Origin: Squalus acanthias
Lineage: Eukaryota
NCBI GenBank assembly: GCA_030390025.1
Contig: CM059429.1
Coordinates: 150,102,001 to 150,166,000, forward strand
DNA: 64,000 bases
Direction: 5' to 3'
The notes under the pieces were generated by a model. It had not been told where the DNA came from. It searched no databases and worked only from the letters and a program-made list of their open reading frames with translations. Of the stretch, positions 36,161 through 47,488 are shown one piece after another (position 1 is the stretch's first letter; each line of letters starts with the position of its first letter). Position numbers and translations under genes: made by a program.

Positions 36161-39100
36161 TTAGGAGGCCGGGATGCTCCCTCCATTTCGTAGCCGCTGG
36201 ACGAGCGAGAGCCGCACCCGTTTGGGTTCTCGTTGCGGTAGAGGGCCCCTAGCCCGTTTACCCACCGCGGGCCGTGGACCAGAGTCCGAGTGATCCAGCC
36301 CGCTCTGTGAGGGGTCAGGACGATCCTGACTGTGTACTGGTGCCCGAACGGGTGTCGGGCAGGGCTGTGGCAGATCCGTTTCCGAGCGTACTGTACGGGG
36401 TGGATCGTGGCTGCGCGTGCGAGCCCCGACGGGCTCATAGTCAGTCTGCCCCAGGTCGGCACGCTGGAGTGAGGTACCAGCCGGCGTCAGATCCAGATCG
36501 TGATGAGAGGCACCTGGCGAGCCCAGAGATGTGCCTGGTACAATATCATCCCCTGGTGTCCCTCTATGTTTCGGCGGGCAGGGAGCCAGATCCCGCAATG
36601 ACACGGTAGATTCCCGACCGTCAGGATACCGAATATAGGCGTAGGTAGGGTTGACGTCAGTGAGCTCAACTTCATCTACCAGGGGGTCATTCTTAGATGC
36701 CCGGACATATCTTCGGAGTAGCACTGGTCCCGGTGTAGTCAGCCACGACGGGAGAGATATCCCATAGGATGAGCGACGCTGAAATCGGAAGAACCGTTCA
36801 TGAGGCGTCGTATTTGTGGCGGTCGAAAGGAGGGACCGTGTGGAGTGTAATGCGTCTGGAAGTACTGCTTCCCATTGCTGGTTGGGTAGGCCCCGAGATC
36901 TCAAAGCCAGACGTACCGCATTCCAGATGATAGCGTTAAAACGCTCGACTTGCCCATTCCCGACCGGATGATAAGGCGTCATTCTGCTGGCAGCAATACC
37001 CCGTTCCGAGAGATAGGCCTTGAGTTCTCCTGACATAAAAGAAGGGCCCCGATCCGAATGAACATAGGATGCCATGCCACAGAAAGCAAATACCTGCTCA
37101 AGGCAGCTGATAACTGTGGTTGTCAGCATATTGGGGCAGGGAAAGGCAAACGGAAAACGGGAATACTCATCGACCATGGTCAACAGATAAGTGTTGCGAG
37201 TTGAAGAGGGCAACGGCCCCTTAAAATCGATGCTAAGCCGTTGCATTGGCTGGGTCGCATGTATGAGTATACCACCCGAGGGGCGGAAAAACTGAGGTTT
37301 CAATTCCGCACAGACTCTGCAGTCCGAGCACATCTTCTTTACATCCCCAGTAGAGAATGGGAGATTTCGGGACCGCACGAAGTGTAGCATGCGAGTAACG
37401 CCCGGATGACACAACCCATCATGGATGTCTACGAGCGTAGAGGGTGCCATGGCGGAGCAGAATGCTCGTGAGAGGGTATCCGGAGCCACATTCTCCTTGC
37501 CAGGTCGATAGTGGATGGTGTAACCAAAAGAGGCCAATTCCAGCCGCCAAAGCTGGATTTTATTATTTTTAATTTTGGTCCGTTTTCGATTATCGAGCAT
37601 GAAGGCGACCGATCGCTGGTCCATGATTAAGGTAAAGTGCTGGCGAGCTAGGAGATGACTCCACTTCCGTACTGCCTCTATGATGGCTGTAGCTTCCTTC
37701 TCGACTGGAGGATAATGTAGCTCAGCCCCTTGAAAAGTCCTGGACAAAAATGCCACCGGACGACCTTCCTGATTCAGAGTGGCCGAGATCGCCACCTCCG
37801 AGGCATCACACTCAACAACAAAAGGAAGACTCTCATCGATGGAGTGAAGAGCCGCTTTCTCCAACTGTTTTTTCAGGAGGTTAAAGGCTGCAACAGCTGC
37901 TGTGTCTAGTGGGAATGTGCTGGCCTTCAGTAGAGGTTGGATTAGGTCCGAGAAGTTAGGAATCCATTTAGCATAGTATGCAAACAGGCCGAGGGTCCGG
38001 CGCAAACAGGCCGAGGGTCCGGCGCAAGGAGGCCGGATTCTTAGGTGGCGGGAGTTCTTGGAGTGGGCGAAGCCTTTCAGGGTCAGGTTTAATGATGCCA
38101 TTGCCCACACAATAGCCAAGGATGTTGATGGTTGGTTGTGACTCAATGGATTTAGCCGCATTTAATGTCAAATTACGGTGCTGGAGTGCATCCCAAAATC
38201 GTTGGAGATTGACGTCATGTTCCCGCTGATTGCGACCTGCGACAGTAATATTGTCCAGATAAGGAAACGTATCCTTCAAGTCTTCCTGTTTGACCAGGTC
38301 ATCCATTGCTCGCTGGAAGACAGCCACTCCATTAGTGACCCCAAAGGGGAGGCGACGAAATTGATACAGCCATCCATTGGCTTCAAAGGCCGTATACTGC
38401 TTGTCTGAGACCTTCAAGGGTACCTGATGATAGGCACTTTTCAGATCATATGTTGAGAACACCGTGTACTCAGCCAGTTTATTAACCATATCATCGATGC
38501 GCGGCAATGGGTATGCGTCCAAGTCCGTATATTGATTGATGGTCTGTGAATAGTCAATGCACAGCCGTTTCTTGTGAGGTTGTAGAGGGTTCTTAACAAT
38601 AACGACCTGGGCGCGCCATGGCGACGAACAAGGCTCGATGATATCCTCTGCTAAAAGCCGAGAAATCTCAGCCGCAATAAAAGACTGGTCTTCCTGACTG
38701 AAACGTCGTGACTTTGTTATAATCGGTTTGCATCGAGGAGGGATACTGGTAAACAGTGAGGGTTCATCCAGTGAAGCTGCTGACAATGCACAGAACGGTA
38801 ATCGAGGTCGTATATTAGAAATAGTGAGTTCAGGTTTGGATCCGCCGAACTCAATGGTGAGCTTCTTATGCTGCTTTTGAAAATCCAGCCCTAAGATAAG
38901 ATCACTACATAAATCCTTGAGCACCGAAAGCCGAGTGGAGGGATACCTGTGACCATTAAGTGTTATTTCAACCATACAAAAGCCAGAAATTCTGGTATTA
39001 AGTGATGACTGAGCCATCGCAATTGCCTGGTCCGATGGGAAAACATGTAGCTTTAACTCTGCAACAATCTGTTCCCTAATGAAACTATCAGTGCTACCTG

Positions 39101-40139
39101 AGTCAATTAAGGCATCTAAAGTATGTCCATTAATTGATGCTTTTGTAGCTGCATGGAATAGGTTCTGAGGACAAGCAGCTGTAATTGGTGTCGTTGCACA
39201 AAGAGTGGCTGAAACTCTAGGTGTGTTTCTTCGAGAGGAAACCCGAGAGGAAGCACGATAGATGTTAGCCGGAACATCTTGATAGGCCCTTACCGGGGCA
39301 GTTCGGTAGGACTTAGCTTGATAAGCCCTCATAGAGGCTCTTGATAGGCAAACCTTTGCAAAATGACCCTTTTTGTTGCAATGACTGCAAAACGCATTGC
39401 GAGCAGGGCAGAATTTCCGAGGGTGAAACTCATCACCACAAAAGAAGCATTTCTTAGATTGCCAAGAGGCTGCCACAGTGGGGTCATCATCCTCTTCATC
39501 AGTGAAGTCATCAGATTGATCGTCAGGGATAAAGACCTCCCTAATAGAGTTCACCTGTGGCCTCTTAAATTGCCTGACTGTAGTTAAGGCAGTAGACCGA
39601 GGTCTGGGCACTGTATAAAGGTCTGCATTTCTTTTTGCCAGATCTAGAGAGCAAGCCATGTCATAAGCTCTCTGAAGCTCAAGTGTCTTACTTTCCAGTA
39701 GACGCTGGCGTATAAATGGGGAGGCAAGCCCGCAGATGAAAGCATCACGGATCATTTCTTCACGGTACAGCTCAGCTGAGGCCGCCTGAAAGTTACAGTC
39801 CATACTAAGTCTGCGAAGCTCTTGGAGGAATTTATCAATGGATTCCTCCGGCCCTTGTTGGGCTGTAGCTAGTAGATGTCTGGCATAGACCTCATTCGGT
39901 GTCTTAGTATATAGTCTCTTAAGCGTCCGAATTGCCTCCTCGTAACTGCCCCATTCCTCCACATACTGAAATACATTCGGGGTGACACAGTTGATGAGTA
40001 TCCGCAACTTTGAGTCATCATCAGCCTTGCAATACTCAAGAAAATTGTCAAACGTGCGATACCAGTGTTTCCACACCTTACCGGCTGCTGGGGTGTTTGG
40101 GTCCAAGTCAAGACGCGATGGTTTAAGGATGTTTTCCAT
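36161..40139 (-). CDS. Gypsy gag-pol polyprotein (frameshifted by a 22-bp duplication at 37981-38024)
   Basis: Start MENILKPSRL; two CCHC knuckles; protease LIDSGS; RT YDLKSAYHQ, LPFG, YLDN; RNase H CDAS, EKEA; integrase HHCC, IDFKGP, SDRG, NGQVER; no chromodomain seen. Confidence 0.93.
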
Positions 40140-40217
40140 GATGGGTGATTCCCTGGATCCTTCATTCCGAGTTCGTCCAAAAAGTTTGAGTGCGAAGTTT
40201 TCCAAAGTTGATTAAAT

Positions 40218-40411
40218 TGTCGTAAGAATGAGCCTTACGCGTGGTGAACTTAAAGTAAGCTTTAATCAACTAAAAAGGTGCTACATACAAAAGAGGTCTT
40301 ACTCTATGCCTCTCCAGGATCCAACTAATCAGTCCAGTATTTATCCTGGACTAATCACAGGAAGTGATGCAATAAAGTTCGAGTCACAGGAAGCTGTATG
40401 GTGTTACCACA
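40218..40411 (-). repeat. 5' LTR
   Basis: Identical to the 3' LTR; gataaata TATA-like motif and attaaa poly(A)-like motif on the element's sense strand. Confidence 0.97.
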
Positions 40412-41316
40412 ATGTGGCAACCAGGGTGTACAGCATCAAGTGAAGTAAATCTGGCCATGGTGATGCCATCACTGGCCTCCCGGGCAGCAATGTGGTCAGG
40501 TGCTGATGCCCTGTGTCCTGTGCAGCATCAGGTGATTGCGGAGAAGGTTGGTGTTGCTGTTGCTGATGTTGGTATGCCTGGTGATGTTGGTGTTGGGGCT
40601 GATCATGGAGGGATTCTGAGGACCAAGGTAAGATTTTTTCAAGTGCACCTATGTTGCTGGAATGGATGGCAGCTGAAGTTGAGATGACAGAAGCGATCTG
40701 TCAGTGGTGAGAGAGCTTGCTCCAAGGAGGTGACAGTGGATGGAGAGTTTACTCCAAACACTTCCAAACTCAATACAGCGCCAAAGTGTCTTCCAAGTCC
40801 TGAAGGCTCAAGCTTCTGACATTGAAAAGTGACCAGCTGTGAAATGGTAGCTTTCATACCACGTTTGCAGCTGTCACCTATTCACAGCAATGGGGAGACA
40901 TAGAGAACCCGACCTACTTACCTGATGTGATCTCCGAACGATGGGAACCCCGTTAAAAATGTGGTAAAATAGAAAAGGGCTGGCAAAATAGTAGTTAACA
41001 AGCACTTAACAAGCAGTTAACTATCTTAAATGCCTCCCCCGCCGCATGGTGTCGGGTCTGTTCTGAAATCGCAGACCCGACACTTTGGAAACTTACATGG
41101 AGGCGGATTCACAGCGGGTTCCCAACCCACCCTCAATCATTGCAATTTTGACAGCGGACCCGCCTCCAAACCCGCACGCTGAGCGCCGACAAAATTCAAC
41201 CCAAAATGAAATACTGTTATGGACAGACATATAATTTGACTTTTAATCTAAGAAAAATGAATAATTGTTTATGTTTTGAACATAAACAAAAACTGCAACA
41301 AATGTATTAAAAAAAG

Positions 41317-41500
41317 AAGAAACTTGCAATTATAAAGTGCCTTTCATGACCTTAGTAGGTCCCAAAAAATTTCAGAGCTAATGAAATGTTTTTGAAATTT
41401 AGTCATTGTCGGTTTGTAGGCAAATGTGCATTGCAAGCTCCCACAAGCAGTGCTGAGATAAATGTTTTTGTGGTGTTGATTGAGGGGGCCAGGACAACTG
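41317..41500 (-). mobile_element. DeuSINE-like fragment
   Basis: Reverse complement of the tail and body seen at 4530-4735. Confidence 0.6.
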
Positions 41501-42986
41501 GAGTGTACAATATACTTGGAACTACAGGAGCTGCTCTCAGGGTAATGGAGTCATAGTCCTGGGCAAATAAATCAAGTCCAAGCTTTGGTTTTTGAGAGAG
41601 GTTGAAGCCTTCAAGTGGAATCTTTAATAAAGGCACAAAAGATAATTCACTGGGTAAATTCAATCATGTTATTGTGAAATATGTATTTTTAAAATGTTTT
41701 TGATATTGGAAATTTCAATTACGTTTTGTGATTCAAAAGTAACATACTTTTGTGATTCAATTGGTTCATCGCTCTATATTTTTTTAATCAGTAGGGTCCC
41801 CTGACTGGTCATTCAGGATTGGTTGTTTTCATAAATCCTTTGCGGTTTTGCATTGGCAGTTTTCTAGCTACTTTCCTCAACGTGTGCAAGCAGGAAGTTG
41901 GGTAACATCTGGAGAAACCAGTGACCAACACTAAAGTAATACAAAGGAGTTGGCTGAATGCAGTAACTTGGTGTGTTGCAGTCAAATCACTATGATGGGC
42001 AAGGTCAAGTTTGGAGGGTGATGGAATCGATCCTAGCCTACCTCTTCAGTTTATTTATATATTTCTGGTTAGGAGGATGCATCAGGACAGTGCTTAGTAT
42101 ATCTGCGTCAACTTCACCCTTGGTTTTTTGTGCAGAAAATGCCCCATCCATTTCAAGCATTTTGAGTTCTAAACTAATGTTTTAAAAAAAATCTTATCAA
42201 GTGGTTGAATCTCAAACATAAAGCCATCTTGGAGACCTATTCTGCACTATATTTCTTTAAAACTGTGTCGAGCAATAATGCTAATTGTTAAATTATTTGG
42301 CCGCTGTGCACTAATAAACACCTTGTCCAGGGCTTCTGTTTCTATTTAGTGCATGTGAGCTGCTCATTATCAATTTAGGATCCCTGCATTTATCAGAAAT
42401 GTAATCATAATTAAGAACAGGCCCCATAAACGATCAAAAGACAAGTTGAAAACTGCAATTGATTTTTAGTACGCCACATAAGATTTATTAGGATTATACA
42501 GAGCAAGTTACAGCCCAATAAAATGTTTAAGAAACCATAATGGTATCAGGTATTAGTATCAAGTGAAAAGAGGTGAATGTAATTCACAATAGCCAATGAT
42601 CTGAATTTATTTCATAAATTACATTCTGAACATTTCTGCTCCTCAATCTTTTCCCTTCATGCACTTCCCTGTCTTTAAAGCAGTCAATCATCAAGTCAGT
42701 CAGTCATAACTAGTAACCATGATGTGACAAGATCTTATAATTGCACTCTTCTGCTAGCTCCCACAGCTACCTGCCCTTTGTGACTACTTTATTTAGATCT
42801 TTTACAGAGCTCCACCATCTCAGCTTTGGTTTTCTATGTGATCATTTGCCAGCTAAGATACATTTCATCACCGTCCAAACCTGACACGTATACCTTGGCC
42901 ATCATAACACTGCATTTAGTACACTCCTTATTACTTTACTGTTGGTCACATTTTCCCAGGTATTACCCAACTTCCTCCTAGCACAC

Positions 42987-43545
42987 GGGACGATTTAAAC
43001 CCTACTTGCCTGGCAGAAACTGGGCAGGTGGGCAGTTTAAATTGCCCAGGTTACCTACCCGTGATGGAAACGTTGGGAGCTGACCATTCCCGATTTTAAC
43101 CTGCGCAACTGAGCAGGCGGCAAGGATACCCGTCCAAATGATGGGATCCTTTTTTACATATGCATGCCGGGTCCCCAAGATGTCACCTAAGCCCATCTGT
43201 AATTTTAACTAGGCGGCCTAAGTGGGAAGCCGCATTGAGTTTCCTGCCAGATGAAGATAGCAGGGAAGAGGATTGGGGCCAGAAGAGGCCCACAGGGTTT
43301 TTTTTTTTTAACTTGCCTTAGGTCTGGAGGACCAGGCGTGCTCCTCTATGCCCCACAAGGAAAGCTTAGGCCTCTCCTGTAGCTTCCTGCTGACTCCTGG
43401 TCGGAACAGGTGAGAAGTTGACCGGTGGGATTTAAATGAGGACTGGCAGTTATAAGACCCCGAGTCAATTTCTGGAGCAGCGGTGAGTTTCTAATTCGCA
43501 CTGCCACTCACCTGCCAAAAACTGGGCCAGAGTTAAAATCGGGCC
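42987..43545. mobile_element. Old MITE (Harbinger-type ends)
   Basis: Ends gggacgatttaa / ttaaaatcgggcc; GC-rich arms. Confidence 0.55.
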
Positions 43546-43678
43546 TTGTGTTTCAAAAGCATAAGGGCATTGTTGCAATATTGAGTCTACATGCACATTT
43601 AGTTCATGGAATAGCCGGGGCAACATGTCTTACAATCAAGCTGATCACCAGGAGCATTCAGGCATCAAGAGACATAAT

Positions 43679-44396
43679 GGCCCAGAATTTGCTGGAGCAG
43701 GGCATCTTGTGACGTGCGACATGAGTTGGAATATTTTCCTCGCCCTTCAGCTCAAATTATTTTTGCACCACAAATTGCTGGAAGCACGAATTGGTAACAG
43801 TGTGGTGAAGTCATCTGGGAACTTGGTGAACGACAGGACCAATAGTCTATCTCCTTAACCAATGAAATTTAAAGATAGAGAAAGAAACAGAGTGAACAAC
43901 GGAGAAGGAAATAGGGTGAATTAGAGTCAAATTAGATACAGAAAGTGAGGGAAAGAAAGATTCGATAAAGAGAGGAAAGAGAGACAGGAATTAAAAATCT
44001 AAAAAACTTCTAGGAACAATTTACTACTTGTAGGGGTTAGACGCCACAGTTTCAGTTGTTCCCTTTCTGGGCCGGAGAGGTTGAGTGGCATGTCAGGGCC
44101 ATTAATCACCCCATTAACAGGGTCCTTACGCCGTGAAATAGCAGCCCTAACTTTCTGCGACGAGTTTAATTTGTATTTACGGTGCAAATCCAGCAATTCC
44201 TTAACACTCATGGAGAGGTTAACGACAAGATCCCGTTTTTCCGAGACTAACGACGAGCAACTCAAAGCGTCCAGCAATTTGTGGCGCTTTGCAACACACG
44301 GCATATCTCTTCCTCACTACAAATTGCTTTTTTTTAATGCACTAATAATGGCGAGCACCATGAACTCACTCTTACTTTCCCAGCAAATTTTGGGCC
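43679..44396. mobile_element. MITE with 17-bp TIRs
   Basis: ggcccagaatttgctgg / ccagcaaattttgggcc. Confidence 0.75.
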
Positions 44397-46385
44397 ATTA
44401 TCTTCTGCAGTGTAAACTTTTGCAATGCAGTTTTCTGATTTGTATCGATATTGATTTGTGTAACCAGGTCTGCGGTGTGATATCACTGCATTTCTAGTGT
44501 TGTCATTGTGTCTGCCTTTGTGTACAAAACTGTAAATGACCTCCCTAGACACTTGCACATTAAATTTTGGCATAGAAAGTATATTGAATCAAATTAATGT
44601 AAATTTATCTTCATCTCTTTCTAACTGTATATTCTGTTTGTGAATCATCTTTATTTATATTTTCAAAATGTATCATTTTGTACCTCGTCTTGAACACTGA
44701 ACTATCTCTAATCCTGACTATCACAAATTTAAATCATTGTGGGTGGGATTCCTGATAGTTTCTCTCTTGTTTCCAGCATGTTTTTTTAGATATAGAGTTC
44801 CTTCCCCTCCACCCCTGCCAACTCATTGTTTCACGTCACGTACTAACTGGCATGCATTGGTTACGGTGATGACTCTTCCCCCCCCAGTTTTCCCTTGTTT
44901 CTGTGAGGAGGTCGCTGGTCTTTGCCTGGTGCCTCCTCGCAGCTGTGTGGCTGACATCAAGAACTCAGCAGGCTGGAGAATCTTAGCACTTTGTGACACA
45001 GTTGTTGCCTCTTTACACTACTGGCAGCCAATGGTTATTTTAAGATAAATATTGTTGCAACATTTAACTTGCTGAAAAGTGTTCCTGGCAATTTATTTTT
45101 CCTTGTGGGTCAAACAAGGCCAAATTTACAGAATTGGGTAGGAGAAACAGTGCTGAATGCCAAAGTCTTCATATCAGTGAATATGACAGATGGTCAATCC
45201 AAAATTGTGATTGGGTAAAAGTCTGCACAGTATCTCAAATTATTATATTGACTCCATAACTCCCTACAATTTTGGATCTAATTATCCATTGACAGTGTAA
45301 TTAAGCTACTAGAGCTGATTTAAATTGCTGAAACAGCAGTGTGGTTATTTAAAGCAGATGGCTCATTAACAAAAATATATTTTCTGGTAGAGGCAAAGGT
45401 ATCACTTGTACCATATTGAAATAGTAATACTGTGCTGATTCTAAATATTTGCTTTAGCTTAAGTCATTTCTCAAAGTGGTTAAAAGGGGAAAATCTGTAT
45501 TGATTGGTTTTCATTATCTTCAGTATTTGTGTTTCAAGACATTTCAGGGCACTATTGTGGAACTTTATCCAACTAGTTACCAAGTCCTGGAGGGGGCTTG
45601 CTCTCTGAAAACTACAGTCAATCTCCATTTGGGTCCTGTATTAGTGAGTTCTCTTAACCATTTGTATAAAATCAAATTGTACAGCAGAGAATGTCAATCA
45701 TTCTCATCTCATCTCAGTCTGTCTCTCTCAATATAGACATTGATATACAGAAAACAAAATATTGCGTCTGTGTATTACAGTTAGGATATTTAATGGTATG
45801 ATTCCACATCTTGCATAAGTATTCATTTACCTGTTAATTTTTTTTGGAAAATGTTATCACTGTCCAAATAATGCTTCACTATGGTCCTCAACCTAACCTC
45901 TCATGGTATCTTAATTATCTTAGCAGTGTTAAAAAAACATTGACTATTATGGATTTTACATAGAGTGAAGTATCAGTATATTATAATATTGATGAATTCC
46001 CTAAATTTGTGTTATGTATTTCTTGGAGATTATATAAATCTTGATTGCTGAGTGGCTTCTAAATCTCAAAAGAATCCAATTTGCATTGATTAAGTTAAGT
46101 TTCTCTCTACAGGTTAAAATGAAATTCTTTGGCTAAGACTTGTGAGTGTGGCAGTCATTGGAATGTGACTAATGCAGAGCATTTACAAATGTATGCGGTG
46201 CTGCTAAATGAAATAAACAAAGGTCTATTTTAGAACTGTCAAAGAACCTTTTGTGATTATCAGAAAAAACAGTGAAAAGCTGTCAATTCCATTATAACTT
46301 TTGACATTCCACGTATGGTCTTTTGTATAACGAAGTTAGCTTTCTCCTTATCCATGGTGATCATCTTTCCTTGTCCCTAAAACAG

Positions 46386-46570
46386 CCACCAGCTGATGCT
46401 CAAGTGTTGGACACGTGAACCCCACAAGAGGCCGTCATTCCAATACATTGAAAGCTGCCTGGAACACCTGAAAAGCAGCCCCCAAGGCGCTCAGAATGCT
46501 CTTGTGCACTACAGTGATGGCTACAGGAACAGTGACATCTCCCAGGGTATTGTCAATCAAGCATTTGAAG
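46386..46570 (+). CDS. ROS1: Internal coding exon of a ROS1-like receptor tyrosine kinase (end of kinase domain)
   Basis: Polypyrimidine tract and cag acceptor, G|gtaaat donor, phase 2 to phase 1. HQLMLKCWTREPHKRPSFQYIESCLEHL...GIVNQAFE parallels ROS1 WNLMTQCWAQEPDQRPTF...GVINESFE (recalled). Could be a ROS1 paralog. Confidence 0.8.
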
Positions 46571-47488
46571 GTAAATGTGCTAGGCTTTGGCTGAACAACT
46601 GACAGTATTGTAATCCCTAAATAGGAAAAAGAGGGATAACATGGCTTTGTCCCTCTTAAAGGTTAGAAATAACATCTTTGTGTTTCTTAGCAGTATAGAT
46701 GGGAGATAACATGACTGTCCTTGGCCTGATGGGAATTGATACAAATTGGATGTTAATTCTATTGTTGATTCTATTGTTCTACCATCCAATTGAGTTGTGA
46801 GTTCAGAGTGCATCTTTTAAGGGAACATTCACCAGTTGTTTGTTTAAGTTGAGGCCTATAGTCGAGCCTGCCCTAACACTCACATTCCCAGGTAGCCTGT
46901 CCACCATACTTCCTGCAGTGAGGGTTTTATAAGAAGATCGGCAACCAACAGAGTACTTGCCTTTTTACAGCAGGGTGTCGTGGTTACTGTGTTCCAGTGA
47001 TTGACAGGTGTTAAGGAGGATGACAGGGTGACTTTTACATCTGTGTAGTGGCTACTGTCAAGAATTTTATTCCCACACTGCCCTTTGTCATTCTTGGTAC
47101 ATCGGGTATCCCACTGTTACTATTGCAGATGCCAGACCACTGTGGAGCTATAGTATAGATACATTTTATTAGAAATAATAGTGGTCTTGGGTCATTGCAT
47201 CATGGAATGTAATTCTAAGGTTCCATAACAGCTGTCCTCTTATCAGTTTTATTTCTTCACAGTAAAAGTAATAACACTGATCACAGATAGACTTCTTAAT
47301 CATGGGTTGTTTTGTGCATGTGTGTCTTTGTAAGTTGACCATCCTACTAGTTTTAGAAAATGTCATGATACCCACCATTTTTATTTACTGACTAAAATAC
47401 CTGTTTTAGCCTTAAAAAGATCTCTGGCTAACTATAGATCTTTGTCATTTTGCATATTAAAACCATGCAGTGTCTTTTAAGATCTTTA

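Larger units (their letters stand above)
35949..40411 (-). mobile_element. Full-length Gypsy (Ty3) LTR retrotransposon
   Basis: Identical 194-bp TG...CA LTRs, 5-bp TSD ATGTG, polypurine tract ggggggggagaa (36154-36143), domain order gag-PR-RT-RH-IN. Confidence 0.98.
34653..41202. mobile_element. Degenerate Harbinger element hosting Penelope and Gypsy insertions
   Basis: Ends ggccgcgatttc / aaaattcaaccc with AAA on both flanks; Myb-like relic at about 35260-35475 (AAWLHIAQE...WLQWCKPFNDL); weak transposase relic on the minus strand at about 40640-40740. Confidence 0.72.

Noticed and set aside
36161-40205. Two overlapping ORFs suggesting a programmed gag/pol frameshift
   Set aside because: The break is at the RT/RNase H boundary and is fully explained by a 22-bp tandem duplication.
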